Shown: positions 21,099 through 31,973, numbered from the stretch's first letter. The stretch is DNA of 64,000 nt from Alphaproteobacteria bacterium (GCA_965225945.1 CBDDBZ010000035.1:288001-352000); one strand, 5' to 3'. Program-made: numbers and translations. Notes: a model not told the origin generated them from the sequence alone.

Positions 21099-22043
21099 AT
21101 GACCACCCGCCCTCGCCACACCATCCACGCCCACCAGCACCATTTCGGCTGGGACAACGCCTTCCCGCCGGTGGCCACGATCGCGCCAGGGGACGAGATG
21201 ACCTTCGAGACCGTGGACGCCTCGGGCGGGCAGCTCTCGATGGACTCCACCGTGGCCGACGTCGCCGCGCTGGATTTCGCCAAGATCAATCCCGTCTCCG
21301 GCCCGGTCCGGATCGATGGCGCCGAGCCGGGCGACGCGCTGGTGGTCACGATGCTCGACTTCTCAGCTTCCGGTTGGGGCTGGACCGCGCTGATTCCGGG
21401 CTTCGGCCTGTTGGCCGACCAGTTCCCCGACCCGGCGCTGCAACTGTGGACCTACGATACCGAAAGCCTCGCGCCGGCGGCTTACGGCCCCGGCGGGCGG
21501 GTGCCCTTGAAGCCCTTGTGCGGCACCATCGGCGTGGCGCCGGCGGAGGCGGGGCCGCATTCGATCGTGCCCCCGAGGCGCGTCGGCGGCAACATGGACA
21601 TCCGCGATCTCGCCCGAGGCACCGTGCTGTATCTCCCTGTCGAGGTCAGCGGCGCGCTCTTCTCCGTCGGCGACACCCACGCGGCGCAGGGCGACGGCGA
21701 GGTCTGCGGCACCGCGCTCGAGAACCCGATGGCGGTCGCACTCCGCTTCGAGCTGGAGAAGGGGGCGGCGCCGGCCTTCCCGCGCTTCGAGACCCCCGGG
21801 CCGGTCAGCCGGCATCTGGACGCCGAGGGCTATCACGTCACCACCGGAATAGCACCCGACCTGATGGCGGCGACCCGCGATGCCGTCGCCGGGATGATCG
21901 ATCTGGTCTGCCGCCTGCACGGCCTTTCGGCGGCGCACGCCTACATGCTATGCAGCGTGGTCGCCGATCTCAGGATCTCGGAAGTGGTCGACCAGCCGAA
22001 TTGGGTGGTCGCCTTTTATTTCCCCAAGATCGTGTTCGAGTGA
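21099..22043 (+). CDS. Acetamidase/formamidase family protein
   Basis: GAEPGD, GGNMD, GDTHAAQGDGEVCGTA; AGGA before ATG 21099. Confidence 0.88.
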   Translation: MTTRPRHTIHAHQHHFGWDNAFPPVATIAPGDEMTFETVDASGGQLSMDSTVADVAALDFAKINPVSGPVRIDGAEPGDALVVTMLDFSASGWGWTALIPGFGLLADQFPDPALQLWTYDTESLAPAAYGPGGRVPLKPLCGTIGVAPAEAGPHSIVPPRRVGGNMDIRDLARGTVLYLPVEVSGALFSVGDTHAAQGDGEVCGTALENPMAVALRFELEKGAAPAFPRFETPGPVSRHLDAEGYHVTTGIAPDLMAATRDAVAGMIDLVCRLHGLSAAHAYMLCSVVADLRISEVVDQPNWVVAFYFPKIVFE

Positions 22044-22092
22044 CGATGGCGCCGGCCGGGCGCTCGCCGGCCGCCACCCGGAGTATCTCGCC

Positions 22093-23298
22093 ATGACGCG
22101 AACGAGCGAGCGTTGGCCGGTGATGCTGATCGCCGCGGCCGGCCTGATCACCCTGATCTCGGTCGGCACGCGGGCGAGCTTCGGCGTCTACCTGGGGCCG
22201 GTCACCGCCGACCTCGGTTGGGGCCGGGAGGTCTTCGCCATCGGCATTGCGTTGCAACAGTTGGTCTGGGGGCTGGCCCAGCCGCTCGCCGGCATGGTGG
22301 CCGACAAGTTCGGCGGCGCGCGGGTGATCGCCGCCGGCGCGGCCTGCTACGTCCTCGGTCTCTATCTCATGAGCTCGACCGATTCGGTGACGCATTTCAA
22401 CGTCTCGGCCGGGCTCTTGGTGGGGCTCGGGCTCGGCGGCACCGGCTATGGCATCGTGCTGGCGACCTTGGCGAAGGCGGTCTCGGAGGCGCGCCGCTCT
22501 CTCGTCATCGGCATCGGCGCGGCGGCGGGAAGCTTCGGCCAGTTCTTCATGGTGCCGGTAGGCCAAGCCTTTCTCGAGATGTTCGGTTGGCAGAACACCT
22601 TCCTCTGCCTGGCGGGAATAGCCCTACTGATGCTACCGGCCGCGATGGCGCTTCGGACCTCGCCCGCCGGCGCGAGCGGCGAGGGGTCGAGCCCGCAGAC
22701 CTTGCGGGCCGCGCTGCGCGAGGCGGTCGGCCATCGCGGCTACGTGTTGCTGACCTGCGGCTATTTCGTCTGCGGCTTTCATGTGGCGTTCATCGCGGTT
22801 CATTTTCCCTCCTATGTCGCCGACCGGGGGCTCACCAGCGGGCACGGCGCCTGGGCGATCTCGATCATGGGGCTGGTCAACATCCTGGGTGCCTTCCTCG
22901 CCGGCGCGCTCGGCGGTCGCTACAGCAAGAAGAACATTCTCTCGCTCTTATACCTGACGCGCTCGATCGTCATCACCGCGCTTATCCTCGCGCCGATGAC
23001 GGAGGCCGGCCTCTGGCTCTTCGCCGTCGTCTTCGGCTTCCTCTGGCTCTCGACGGTGCCGCTGACCACGGCGCTGGTCGGCGATATCTTCGGGCCCCGC
23101 TACATGGCGACGCTGGTCGGCATCGTCTTTCTCTCGCACCAGCTCGGCAGCGCCACCGGCGTCTGGTTCGGCGGCTATGCCTTTGACCTGACCGGCTCCT
23201 ACGATGTGATGTGGTGGTTCGCCGTGGCGCTCGGGCTGGTCGCGACGCTGCTGCACTGGCCGATCGACGAGCGCCGCGTGCGCCCCGCGACGGCCTGA
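22093..23298 (+). CDS. MFS transporter
   Basis: About 12 hydrophobic segments; GMVADKFG motif A; HQLGSATG. Confidence 0.88.
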   Translation: MTRTSERWPVMLIAAAGLITLISVGTRASFGVYLGPVTADLGWGREVFAIGIALQQLVWGLAQPLAGMVADKFGGARVIAAGAACYVLGLYLMSSTDSVTHFNVSAGLLVGLGLGGTGYGIVLATLAKAVSEARRSLVIGIGAAAGSFGQFFMVPVGQAFLEMFGWQNTFLCLAGIALLMLPAAMALRTSPAGASGEGSSPQTLRAALREAVGHRGYVLLTCGYFVCGFHVAFIAVHFPSYVADRGLTSGHGAWAISIMGLVNILGAFLAGALGGRYSKKNILSLLYLTRSIVITALILAPMTEAGLWLFAVVFGFLWLSTVPLTTALVGDIFGPRYMATLVGIVFLSHQLGSATGVWFGGYAFDLTGSYDVMWWFAVALGLVATLLHWPIDERRVRPATA

Positions 23299-23310
23299 GT
23301 TGCCTTCGTA

Positions 23311-24700
23311 TTACCGGCGCGGCTCCGGGGCCCGTTCGGCGGTGAACTTCAGCGGCGGATTGCCGAGCGTGTCCTGCACGAAGAAGCGGAGACGACCGCC
23401 CTTGGCCGCACCGGTAAAGTCGCGGGCGTGGCGCTCGGTCGCGCTGCCCAGCATGACCTTGAAGCTCTCCTTGAAGCTCACCACGCCGTCCTCGATCCGC
23501 CCGTCCTCGATCGCCCGGGTGGTCGCCGGATAACGCCGCTTGCTGTCCTTGGTGGAGCGCCGGGTGATCTGGCCGAGGAGCTTCGCGCCGATCACCTCGA
23601 ATTCGAAGTGGAGCCGGTAGCGCTCGTTCTTATCGAAGCGGTTGACCAGCACCTCGCTCTTCCAGCGCCCCTCGATCGCCGCGCCCGCGGCCTTGGGTGC
23701 CGGCGCCGGCTTCGAGAGTGCGGCGAGCCGCGATTTCGCCAGCGGTGCGAAGGTGCCCTTGGGAAACTGGTCCAGATAGGCCTGGAAGTTGGCGGCGGTC
23801 TCGCTCTTCTCGATCGCCTTCCAGAAGGCGAGTTCCATTTCGCGATCGGCCTTCACGCTTTCTTTCCCGGCTTTCTCTTGCCCGCCGCGCATGGCCTTGG
23901 ACGCGGGTTTGGGTCGCAAGACCACGGGCACGAAGATAAATTCGCCGCCCTCGTGCCCGGCCTTCTTGATGTCGGCGTATTGCGGCGTCTGGTCGGCGTT
24001 GACCACCACGGGCCGGCTGATCCGCTTGAACAGCGCGGTCCCTTCCAGCGGCTCGCCGTTATCGGCCAGCGCGGCGAGGAAGGCGTTGGCGAAGACCGAG
24101 TGGCCGCCCGGGCCCGCATCGGCCACCGGCTCCAGCCCACCCGAGACGATGGCGGTGCGCGAGCGCTTGGAGGCGATCCGTTTCAGCCAGGCGTCGCGCG
24201 CCTCGCCCGTGGGAAGCTCGCTCCTGGCCGACCTGACCAGGGTGCCGGAATAGCAGCTGTCGGCGATGATCATGACATGGCGTGCGTTCATCGCGTTGAG
24301 CCGCCGGGTCAGGTCCTCGTTGGCGATCCAGTTGAGGTCGTCTTCCAGCTCGGCGTCGATCGGCTGCCAGAAGCCGGTATTGGTCTGGCGGTCGAGCCAG
24401 CCGTGCCCGGCGCGGGGCGAAGCCAAATTTCCAGACCTCACGCTACACAAGCAGGATGTCCGCGCGGGTGGCGTTGCGAAGCAGGCGAACCTCGAAGCCG
24501 TAATGGGTCCGCAGCAGTTCGGCCACCGCCTCCGCGTCGCCGACGGCGGTTTCCAGCTTCGGCAGCAACAGGTAATCGTTGTTGCCGATCACCAGCGCGT
24601 GATAGCGCCCGAACTTCACTTCACCCGCGTTTCCCGGCGGGGCCAGCAGCACGCAGGCCAGAACGAGCCATCGCCCGATTTCGCGCAGTCGTCGGGTCAC
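23311..24700 (-). pseudogene. Secreted caspase-like (peptidase C14) protein, interrupted
   Basis: Signal peptide, ALVIGNNDY, AGHG and DSCYSG dyad; stop and frame change near 24415-24450. Confidence 0.8.
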
Positions 24701-24836
24701 ACCGTGTCTCCTCGTCGGTGGCGGAACGCGCGACGTGTAAAGTGTGCGACCGGCGCCGCGAACTTACAAGCTCGCGCCAGGCGGCTGGTCGATCCGAATT
24801 CCCGTCGAGCCCGCCACCGATGGCAAGAATGCGCCA

Positions 24837-24864
24837 TTGACATACTCCGCCAATGAACTACATT
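24837..24864 (+). promoter_or_regulatory. Putative sigma70 promoter of the toxin-antitoxin operon
   Basis: TTGACA-16 bp-TACATT, then GGAGG and ATG 24873; overlapping CATTG/CAATG inverted pair. Confidence 0.5.
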
Positions 24865-24872
24865 TTGGAGGC

Positions 24873-25223
24873 ATGGGCGAAGCGCTTCAGACCGTCGTCG
24901 AAACGCCGGAGTTCATATCGCAGGCGAAGCGACTCCTGTCGGAGGCTCAGAGTGACGAGCTGCTGTATCACCTGGCGGCCAATCCGACCGCTGGGGACGT
25001 CATACCCGGCACTGGCGGTGCCCGCAAATTGCGTTGGGCGCTTTCGGGTCGAGGCAAAAGCGGTGGCGTCAGAGTGATTACGTTCTATTCGGGCGCCACG
25101 ATCCCGGTGTTCTTGCTGGGTGTCTTTGCAAAGAACAGGAAGATCGACCTGAGCCAGGCGGAGAGAAACCAGTTGCGGGCTACGTTGAGCCAAATCGTGG
25201 CCGAGTATCGGAAGCGGAGATGA
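24873..25223 (+). CDS. RelE/HigB-family toxin
   Basis: [37 protein letters not shown]. Confidence 0.88.
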   Translation: MGEALQTVVETPEFISQAKRLLSEAQSDELLYHLAANPTAGDVIPGTGGARKLRWALSGRGKSGGVRVITFYSGATIPVFLLGVFAKNRKIDLSQAERNQLRATLSQIVAEYRKRR

Positions 25224-25528
25224 CGAGAATGAGCAGAGTTGGAGAAAGTATTCTTCGCGGTGCCCGAGAGGCCCTGGCTTATGCGCGTGGCGAGGAAACC
25301 GGTGCCGTCGTGCACCGGATCGCCGTGGTTCCCGCCGAGGTCGATGTCAAGCGGATCCGCGAGGCGAGCGGCCTGTCGCAGGTCCGCTTCGCCGCCACCT
25401 ACGGCTTTACCGTCGATGCGGTGCGAAACTGGGAGCAGGGACGCCGCAAGCCGGACCTCGCCGCCCGCACGCTCCTCACCGTCATCGAGCGCGAGCCGGA
25501 AGCGGTTCTGCGCGCGCTTGCGCGTTAG
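25220..25528 (+). CDS. HigA-like Xre-HTH antitoxin
   Basis: [24 protein letters not shown]; ATGA coupling, toxin-first order. Confidence 0.88.
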   Translation: MTRMSRVGESILRGAREALAYARGEETGAVVHRIAVVPAEVDVKRIREASGLSQVRFAATYGFTVDAVRNWEQGRRKPDLAARTLLTVIEREPEAVLRALAR

Positions 25529-25541
25529 TGGATAGAATCCA

Positions 25542-26441
25542 CTAGCTTCGCGCGGGGCCGGGCCGGCCGGCGGTGAGGTAGACGCCGAGCAGGATCAGCG
25601 CCAGCGCGGCGAGGCCGTTCCAACTCGGCGCCTCCCCCAGCAGGACGCCGCCGAGACCGAGGGCGATCAGCGGCACCATGTAGTTGGCGAGACTGACGAA
25701 GGTCGCGCCCACCCGAGCGATGAGGGTGAAATAGATCGCCGTCGCCGCCGCCGTGGAGACGGCGCCGAGCCAGACCACCGCCGCGACCGCCAGCCATCCC
25801 GGCGCCGCCCGGGCGAAATCGGCTTCCTCGGCCATGGCCAGCGGGAACAGGTAGGCGGTGGCCAGCGCCGTGGTCGCGAGCGCGCTCGCCACCGGCGGCG
25901 TCTCGGGCATGCGCCGCGCGACGAGGGTGCAGACGGCATAGCTCAGGGCCGCGGCCAGCAACGCCAGTTGTGCCACCAGATCGGCGCCGAGACCGCCGAA
26001 CGCCTCGACGCCGACCAGCAGCACCACGCCGAGGAAGCCGAGTCCGACGCCGAGCAATCGCCGCGCCGAGAGCTTCTCGTCGCGGGTGACGAGGTGGGCC
26101 AACGGCAGCGTTATCAACGGCGTCGCGGCGATCAGGATCGCGGCGAGCTGGCTGGTCAGCCGCACCTCGCCCCAGGCGATCAGGGTGTAGGGCAGCGCGT
26201 TGGCCAAGAGCGCCACCAATGCGATCATCGCCCAGCGCCGCGCGCCCGCCGGCCAGGCGAGCTTGCGCGCCTTCATGACCACCAGCAGCACGGCGGCACC
26301 GATCGCGAGCCGGCCGAGCGTCAGCGTCGCCGGAGCGATCTCCACCACGGCGAGCTTGATCGCCAGAAAATTGCTGCCCCAGCAGGCGCCGAGCACGCCC
26401 AGCAGCAGATAGTCGCGCCCGCTCGCCCGGGGCGCGCTCAA
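25542..26441 (-). CDS. DMT/EamA family transporter
   Basis: WGSNFLAIK, about 10 TM segments, VLLGEAPS. Confidence 0.85.
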   Translation of the reverse strand: MSAPRASGRDYLLLGVLGACWGSNFLAIKLAVVEIAPATLTLGRLAIGAAVLLVVMKARKLAWPAGARRWAMIALVALLANALPYTLIAWGEVRLTSQLAAILIAATPLITLPLAHLVTRDEKLSARRLLGVGLGFLGVVLLVGVEAFGGLGADLVAQLALLAAALSYAVCTLVARRMPETPPVASALATTALATAYLFPLAMAEEADFARAAPGWLAVAAVVWLGAVSTAAATAIYFTLIARVGATFVSLANYMVPLIALGLGGVLLGEAPSWNGLAALALILLGVYLTAGRPGPARS

Positions 26442-26725
26442 CGGCCGGTGAACTCGGGCTCAGCCTTGGCCAGGGCGCGGGTGCCGAGCTGGAAATCCTC
26501 CGTGGCGAAGAGGAAGCTGGCGTCCCGGCGCATGGCGAAGCCGTTCGGCTTGAAGCGGCGCTCGCCCGGTGGCTCCGGCCGGCCGACGAAACGCCGGGCG
26601 CCGGTGGCCGAGATATCGGTGATCGCGCCGCGAATGTCGGAGACGTAGAGCGCGCCGCGGGCGGTCGCCAGAATGCATTCCGGGCGATAGAGGCCGCCCT
26701 CGCCGAAACTGATTTCGCCACCCAT
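26438..26725 (-). pseudogene. Chimeric remnant: SMP-30 paralog N-terminus joined to an enoyl-CoA hydratase-like C-terminus
   Basis: First ~70 aa nearly match the upstream SMP-30 gene; ends TEDFQLGTRALAKAEPEFTGR. Confidence 0.65.
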
Positions 26726-26748
26726 CGCCGTTCCCTCCCTTCGCCCCC

Positions 26749-27738
26749 TCACCAGTGCCAATGGACCATCGGCTGGCCGGCGACGGGGCTCGGGAAGCTG
26801 GCGATCGCGTCGCCGGCGATGAAGCCGAGATAGGCCGTCCGCAAATCCGCGCCGCCGAAGGCGAGGCTGGTGAGGTTTCGCAGCGTCGTGCCGTGCACCT
26901 CGTGCACCTTGGGGCCCGTCAGCTCGCCCGCCGCCAGCAGGCGCTCGACCTCGGCGATATGGGCCTCGTCGCCGTCCTCGAACACCAGGTGCTTCTCGCC
27001 CTCAGGCGTCACCCGCCAGATCCGGTTGGAGACCGGGCTGGTGATCCACATGCCGCCCTCCGCGTCGAGCGCGAGGCCGTCGGGAAAATCGCCCGGACCA
27101 AAGCTCGCCACCCTCTCGCGCCCGCCCAGCAGCCCATCGGCGCCGAGCCTGAAACGCGTCAGGCGCTTGCCCATGGTCTCGCAGACATAGAGCCACTCTC
27201 CAGCGGCGTCGATGCGGAACTCGTTGGTCCACACGAAGCCGTCGCCGACGATCCGCGCACCCCGGCCGCCCCGGCCGTCGACCAGGATGATGATCCCGTC
27301 GGCGCTATCGGCGCGAAAGCTGTGGCGCTCGCGCCGCCGCGTGGAGAGCGAGATCCAGACCCGATCGTCGCCGTCGAGCAGCACGAAGTTTGCCGGCGGC
27401 AGGGCCCAGCCGTCGAGTTCCACCAGGTAGGGCTCGGCCTCGCCGTCGGGGGAGAGCGCGAAGACCCCGCCCTCGGCCCCCTGGTTGGCGAACAGAAAGC
27501 TGCCGTCCCGACGCATGGCGAAGCCGTTCGGCTTGAAGCGGCCCTCGCCCGCCGGCTCCGGCCGGCCGATGAACCGCCGGGCGCCGGTGGCCGAGATCTC
27601 GGTGATCCCGCCGCGAATGTCGGAGACGTAGAGCGCGCCCCGGGCGGTCGCCAGAATGCATTCCGGGCGATGGAGGCCGCCCTCGCCGAAAGTGACGTCG
27701 TCGAGGCTCAGGCGAAAATCCACCGCGGCACTCGCCAT
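26749..27738 (-). CDS. SMP-30/gluconolactonase beta-propeller protein
   Basis: RPECI, PNGF, FPDGLALDAEG, TSLAFGGADL. Confidence 0.85.
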   Translation of the reverse strand: MASAAVDFRLSLDDVTFGEGGLHRPECILATARGALYVSDIRGGITEISATGARRFIGRPEPAGEGRFKPNGFAMRRDGSFLFANQGAEGGVFALSPDGEAEPYLVELDGWALPPANFVLLDGDDRVWISLSTRRRERHSFRADSADGIIILVDGRGGRGARIVGDGFVWTNEFRIDAAGEWLYVCETMGKRLTRFRLGADGLLGGRERVASFGPGDFPDGLALDAEGGMWITSPVSNRIWRVTPEGEKHLVFEDGDEAHIAEVERLLAAGELTGPKVHEVHGTTLRNLTSLAFGGADLRTAYLGFIAGDAIASFPSPVAGQPMVHWHW

Positions 27739-27748
27739 GGCCTCGCCC

Positions 27749-28639
27749 TCACGCCTCGACCAGGGGCACGATCAAGGCCGCCGCCGCCGCGCGAAATTCA
27801 TCCGCCATCGCCTCGGGCCGGCGGCGATCCAGGTTCAGCAGCACGCCATACTGGCTGAGCTCCGCCGACAGCACCCCGCTCCGTCGGTTGTAGAGTCGGT
27901 GGACGACGCGGATCGAGGAGCGGCCCAGATGCGCGAGCCCGCTCCTGACCTCGACCAGGTCGCCGGCCGAGAGCTCGGCGAAGAAGCCGAGCTGGAATTC
28001 GAAGGTCGAGAAGCCCAGCCGGCCCTCCCGCATCATCGTCGGCGTCATGCCCATATGTGCCAGGATATGGCCCAGCGCCGCCGTGAAGCGATGGACGTAG
28101 AACTGGAAGCCGACATGGCCGATGACGTCGACCTCCCAGGGTTTGGTCGTGTCGCGACCCGTCAGCACCAGCTCCGCATCCGCGCTCGGGGAGGGCCGAG
28201 GCTCCCTCGGATCGCCGTCCCAATCGATCTGGCGCGCGCGCAGGCGGTCCAGGTCGGCCATTGCGATCGGCTCCGATTTGCGCTTGGCCATGTCGAAGTG
28301 GATCATGGTCTGTTCCATCGTCGCGGCGAGCTCGCCGGTGGCCGAGTTGAACAGCTTGTGGCCGAGCTTGATCCGCTTGCCCTCGGCCTCGATCAGGCCG
28401 CTCGCGATCTGGAAGACGTCGCCGCCGCGCAACTCCGAGGCGTAGCGGACGTAGGCATCGACGGTGGCCAAGCCACGGCCCTCGCGTTCCATGTAGCTCT
28501 TGCCGAGGTCCAGCGCCTCGTTGCAGGCGAGGGAGGCATCCGAAAAGCGCTCGAAATAGTAGGCGACGGTGAAGTGCTCCACCGTGTCGCATTCCCACGC
28601 CGCCACCTGGCCGCGCACGGTCTCGATCATCTCGCCCAT
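27749..28639 (-). CDS. Tandem hotdog-fold thioesterase
   Basis: Two repeats: WECDTVEHF and WEVDVIGHV. Confidence 0.75.
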   Translation of the reverse strand: MGEMIETVRGQVAAWECDTVEHFTVAYYFERFSDASLACNEALDLGKSYMEREGRGLATVDAYVRYASELRGGDVFQIASGLIEAEGKRIKLGHKLFNSATGELAATMEQTMIHFDMAKRKSEPIAMADLDRLRARQIDWDGDPREPRPSPSADAELVLTGRDTTKPWEVDVIGHVGFQFYVHRFTAALGHILAHMGMTPTMMREGRLGFSTFEFQLGFFAELSAGDLVEVRSGLAHLGRSSIRVVHRLYNRRSGVLSAELSQYGVLLNLDRRRPEAMADEFRAAAAALIVPLVEA

Positions 28640-28724
28640 CACCCCTCCTCGTCTCGGCCGCGCCGTTTCCGGGCCGCCACCTTGCCTTCCCGCCCCGCTC
28701 CGGCGCAAGCCTCGGTGGGCGGGA

Positions 28725-29135
28725 ATGCCCCAAGCGCGGCCCTCCGGCGCGATGATCCGAAAGCGCGAGGTCGGCTTCCTCGACCGTGTCGACGGCCGAA
28801 GCGTGGAAGCCAGGCGGTACCGCGAAGTGTATCGACACCTGGTGTTCGCCATCGATGGCGACGCCGAACTCTACGAGGCCCAACGTCAGCTCGTCCGCAG
28901 GGCGTGCACCCTAATAGTGGAATCGGAGCGCATGGAGACGGCTCAGGCCAAGGGCGAGCAAATCGACTTCGAGACCTACCGCAAGCTCACCAACACCCTG
29001 TCACGGCTCTTCCGCGCCCTGGGCATCGAGACCACGGGTGTTGCCTCCACATCACCGGTCATGGCCCTGGACGAATATGTGGCCAGGCAGCAGCCGGAAG
29101 CCGGGGATCTGGGGGAGGGCGACGAGGCGGCATAG
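28725..29135 (+). CDS. Small hypothetical protein resembling prophage-associated ORFs
   Basis: DGRSVEARRYR...AQRQLVRRA...LTNTLSRLFRALG pattern recalled from alphaproteobacterial phage-like elements; not verified. Confidence 0.5.
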   Translation: MPQARPSGAMIRKREVGFLDRVDGRSVEARRYREVYRHLVFAIDGDAELYEAQRQLVRRACTLIVESERMETAQAKGEQIDFETYRKLTNTLSRLFRALGIETTGVASTSPVMALDEYVARQQPEAGDLGEGDEAA

Positions 29136-29458
29136 GGGGCAAATGGCGGAATGTCCGGCATCGCCGGTCTACGTCCGGTTGACCCCCAACAGTTGCCGTT
29201 ATATTAGGGAGCGCTAACAGGCGACTCCTTGACCCAAACCGGAAATCTGTGGACCCCTTTTCTTGAAGGGGCTAGCCTTAGCCTGAGGCGCCGCCAAGGG
29301 CAGAGGGGTCGTGTCTAGCTAGTTGGGCATTCGCCTCAACACGCCTACGCGGCCAAAGTAGTGGAGCTGCAGGCTCATGGTAAATCTGCTAACATCGTCG
29401 CTCGTACCGTAGGAGAGAAGAATCGGTCGAGCGAGCACCGTGCTGATCGTTCAATGTA

Positions 29459-30676
29459 CTAGTGTCCCGATTCCGAAGTTCGCATGATTTTCGCCTGCTG
29501 TTCAGCGATTTCGATTGTTCGGAGGCAGAAGCGCTGATCCTCAATCAATGAAGTGACGGTTTACTTCATGATGGCGCCGAGGATGTCATCGGCGGATTTG
29601 GTCCATTTGAAGGGTTTGGGGTTCTGGTTTGTCGTGTCGATGTAGTCGAGGATGGTGCGCTCCAACTCCTTGGTGGAGCGATGGACGCCGCGCCTGATCT
29701 GCTTGTCGGTCAGCAGCCCGAACCAGCGCTCGACCTGGTTGAGCCAGGAGGCGCTGGTGGGTGTGAAATGGGCCTGCCAGCGCGGCCGTTTGGCGAACCA
29801 GTCGCGGATCGCCTTGGTCTTGTGGGTCCCGTAGTTGTCCATGACGATGTGGATGTCGAGATCAGCAGGGACGTTCGCCTCGACGAGGTCGAGGAATTTG
29901 CGGAACTCTCGGGCCCGATGGCGCGGGAAACATTTGCCGATGATCTCTCCCGTGGCGATGTCGAGGGCCGCGAAGAGAGAGGTCGTGCCGTGGCGCTTGT
30001 AGTCGTGGCTGCGCCGCTCCGCCTGCCCGGGGCGCATCGGCAAGAGGGGCTGGGAACGGTCCAAGGCCTGGATCTGGCTCTTTTCGTCGACACAGAGAAC
30101 CAGGGCACGATCCGGCGGCGCCAAATACAGACCGACGATGTCGCGGACCTTCTCCACGAAGAAGGGATCGCTCGACAGCTTGAAGGTCTCCGAGCGATGC
30201 GGCTGCAAGCCGAAGGCCCGCCAGATGCGATGAATGGTCGAGGGCGCGTGGCCGCTCGCCCGCGCCATCGAGCGAAGGCTCCAATGGGTCGCGTCCGGCG
30301 GCGTCTCTTCCAGCGTCAGCCGGACCGCTTCCGCGATGGCGTCATCGCCGATTTGACGCGGCGCGCCGGGGCGGGGTTCGTCGTACAGACCGTCGAGGCC
30401 CTCCGCCGCATAGCGGCGACGCCACTTGCCCACGGTGTCCGCGCTCGCCTCGAGACGAACGGCGATCTCCTTGTTCTCCAACCCTTCCGCCGCCGCCAAG
30501 ACGATCCGAGCCCGCCGCGCAAGCCCCTGCGACGTCTTGCGACGACGAGACAGCGCCTCCAATTCGGCGCGCTCGTCATCGCTCAAAGAGATCGTCACCG
30601 CCACTCTCGCCATCAATCGCGCCTCCTGAAAACAAATAGAGATATAATCATATCAATTTATCGATCAGGACACTAG
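29459..30676 (-). mobile_element. IS630-family insertion sequence
   Basis: Ends CTAGTGTCC ... GGACACTAG; encodes an IS630 transposase. Confidence 0.88.
29561..30613 (-). CDS. IS630 transposase with C-terminus truncated by a short insert
   Basis: [34 protein letters not shown]; native tail RFCLRT...SESGH* lies past a premature TAA. Confidence 0.85.
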   Translation of the reverse strand: MARVAVTISLSDDERAELEALSRRRKTSQGLARRARIVLAAAEGLENKEIAVRLEASADTVGKWRRRYAAEGLDGLYDEPRPGAPRQIGDDAIAEAVRLTLEETPPDATHWSLRSMARASGHAPSTIHRIWRAFGLQPHRSETFKLSSDPFFVEKVRDIVGLYLAPPDRALVLCVDEKSQIQALDRSQPLLPMRPGQAERRSHDYKRHGTTSLFAALDIATGEIIGKCFPRHRAREFRKFLDLVEANVPADLDIHIVMDNYGTHKTKAIRDWFAKRPRWQAHFTPTSASWLNQVERWFGLLTDKQIRRGVHRSTKELERTILDYIDTTNQNPKPFKWTKSADDILGAIMK

Positions 30677-30735
30677 GCCTGAATATTACCGGTTATCCAA
30701 GCAAGGCGGCGTTGCCAGTAGGAAGGAACCAAAAC

Positions 30736-31938
30736 ATGTACAGCAGACTAATCAGCCTCTTTTTCGGGTTTTGGCTTGCGCAAGCATTAATGCCGGGCCA
30801 AGTATTTGCCGATCACAGGCCGAACAACATCGCCGTCATGGGCGGCTCGTGGTCTGTGACCGGGAAATACTTAGGAGCAGGCGACAGCTTCCTCAAGGGA
30901 CGAGAATTGTACGTCGAACAGCTGAATGCCAGGGGTGGCCTATTGGGTCACAAGGTCGAACTCAAAATCCTTGACGACAAGTCCGAACGGCGGAACGCTA
31001 TCAAACTGTACGAGAAGCTCATCACGGAAAACTCGGTAGACATTATCCTGGGGCCGTATACCAGTCACATAGCCGACGCTGTGGCGAATGTCATGGAACT
31101 CCATAAACGGCCGTTCATAGCTCTTGGGGCAGTTTCCCCGGTAATTTTTCAGAGAGGACGAAAATATGTTTTCAGACCGGTTAGTGTAGTCTCGCAAGAT
31201 TATCAGAAAGGCACACTTCTTCTCGCGAAACAGACGGGGGTATCGCATATCGCAGTTATCGGCATGGAGCACAAATTTCCCCGACAGGTTACCGAAGGTA
31301 CCTTGAAGTGGGCGCGAAAATATGGACTAGAGGTCGTTTTGCTCGAAATTTATCGGTGGGATGAAAAAGAATTCGTGGATTTGATACGAAGAATCGCGGC
31401 AAGCGGGGCGGAGGCGATATTTTCAAATGGCCAGTTTTTCGATTCGGTGTATCAGATCCGTCAGCTCCAGGAACAGAACATCGATCTAAGACTATTTTCG
31501 TCTGCCCTCGCGCCAGCCACCCCAGAATTCATTGACGAATTGGGGTCGTTAGCCGAATACGTTCTCGGATTCAGCCAGTGGCAGCCCAATCCAGAGCAAG
31601 GCTTTTCGAACATCGAAAATTTCATCGCGACATACAAAGACCGCTATGGCGCCGTGCCCAATTATCGTGCGGCTCGCGCGTATGCGGCGATGCAGGTATT
31701 GGAGGCAGCGGCAAAGCGGGCGGGAAGTTTCGATCCGCAGAAGCTGCGCGATGCGTTATCCTCTATCAGGGTTGACACTGTTATGGGGCCTTGGGAGGTA
31801 GACGATACCGGCTTCATGAGCACGCAGCCAACGATAATTCAGATCCAAAAGGGCCGGCGTGTGATCGTTTGGCCATCGCACTTGGCAGAGGCTCAGTTCT
31901 TACCGATGCCTAAATGGAAAGACAGGATCAAGAATTAG
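30736..31938 (+). CDS. Periplasmic solute-binding protein (LivJ/K-like)
   Basis: Signal peptide, NARGGLLG, DDKS, ILGPYTS, TVMGP, VIVWP. Confidence 0.85.
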   Translation: MYSRLISLFFGFWLAQALMPGQVFADHRPNNIAVMGGSWSVTGKYLGAGDSFLKGRELYVEQLNARGGLLGHKVELKILDDKSERRNAIKLYEKLITENSVDIILGPYTSHIADAVANVMELHKRPFIALGAVSPVIFQRGRKYVFRPVSVVSQDYQKGTLLLAKQTGVSHIAVIGMEHKFPRQVTEGTLKWARKYGLEVVLLEIYRWDEKEFVDLIRRIAASGAEAIFSNGQFFDSVYQIRQLQEQNIDLRLFSSALAPATPEFIDELGSLAEYVLGFSQWQPNPEQGFSNIENFIATYKDRYGAVPNYRAARAYAAMQVLEAAAKRAGSFDPQKLRDALSSIRVDTVMGPWEVDDTGFMSTQPTIIQIQKGRRVIVWPSHLAEAQFLPMPKWKDRIKN

Positions 31939-31973
31939 GTCAAGTTCGACATGCCAAGAATCATAATGGCAAC

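Noticed and set aside
29190-29330. Possible riboswitch or ncRNA (short CCCCTT/AAGGGG stem)
   Set aside because: No family consensus recognised; needs an Rfam/Infernal search
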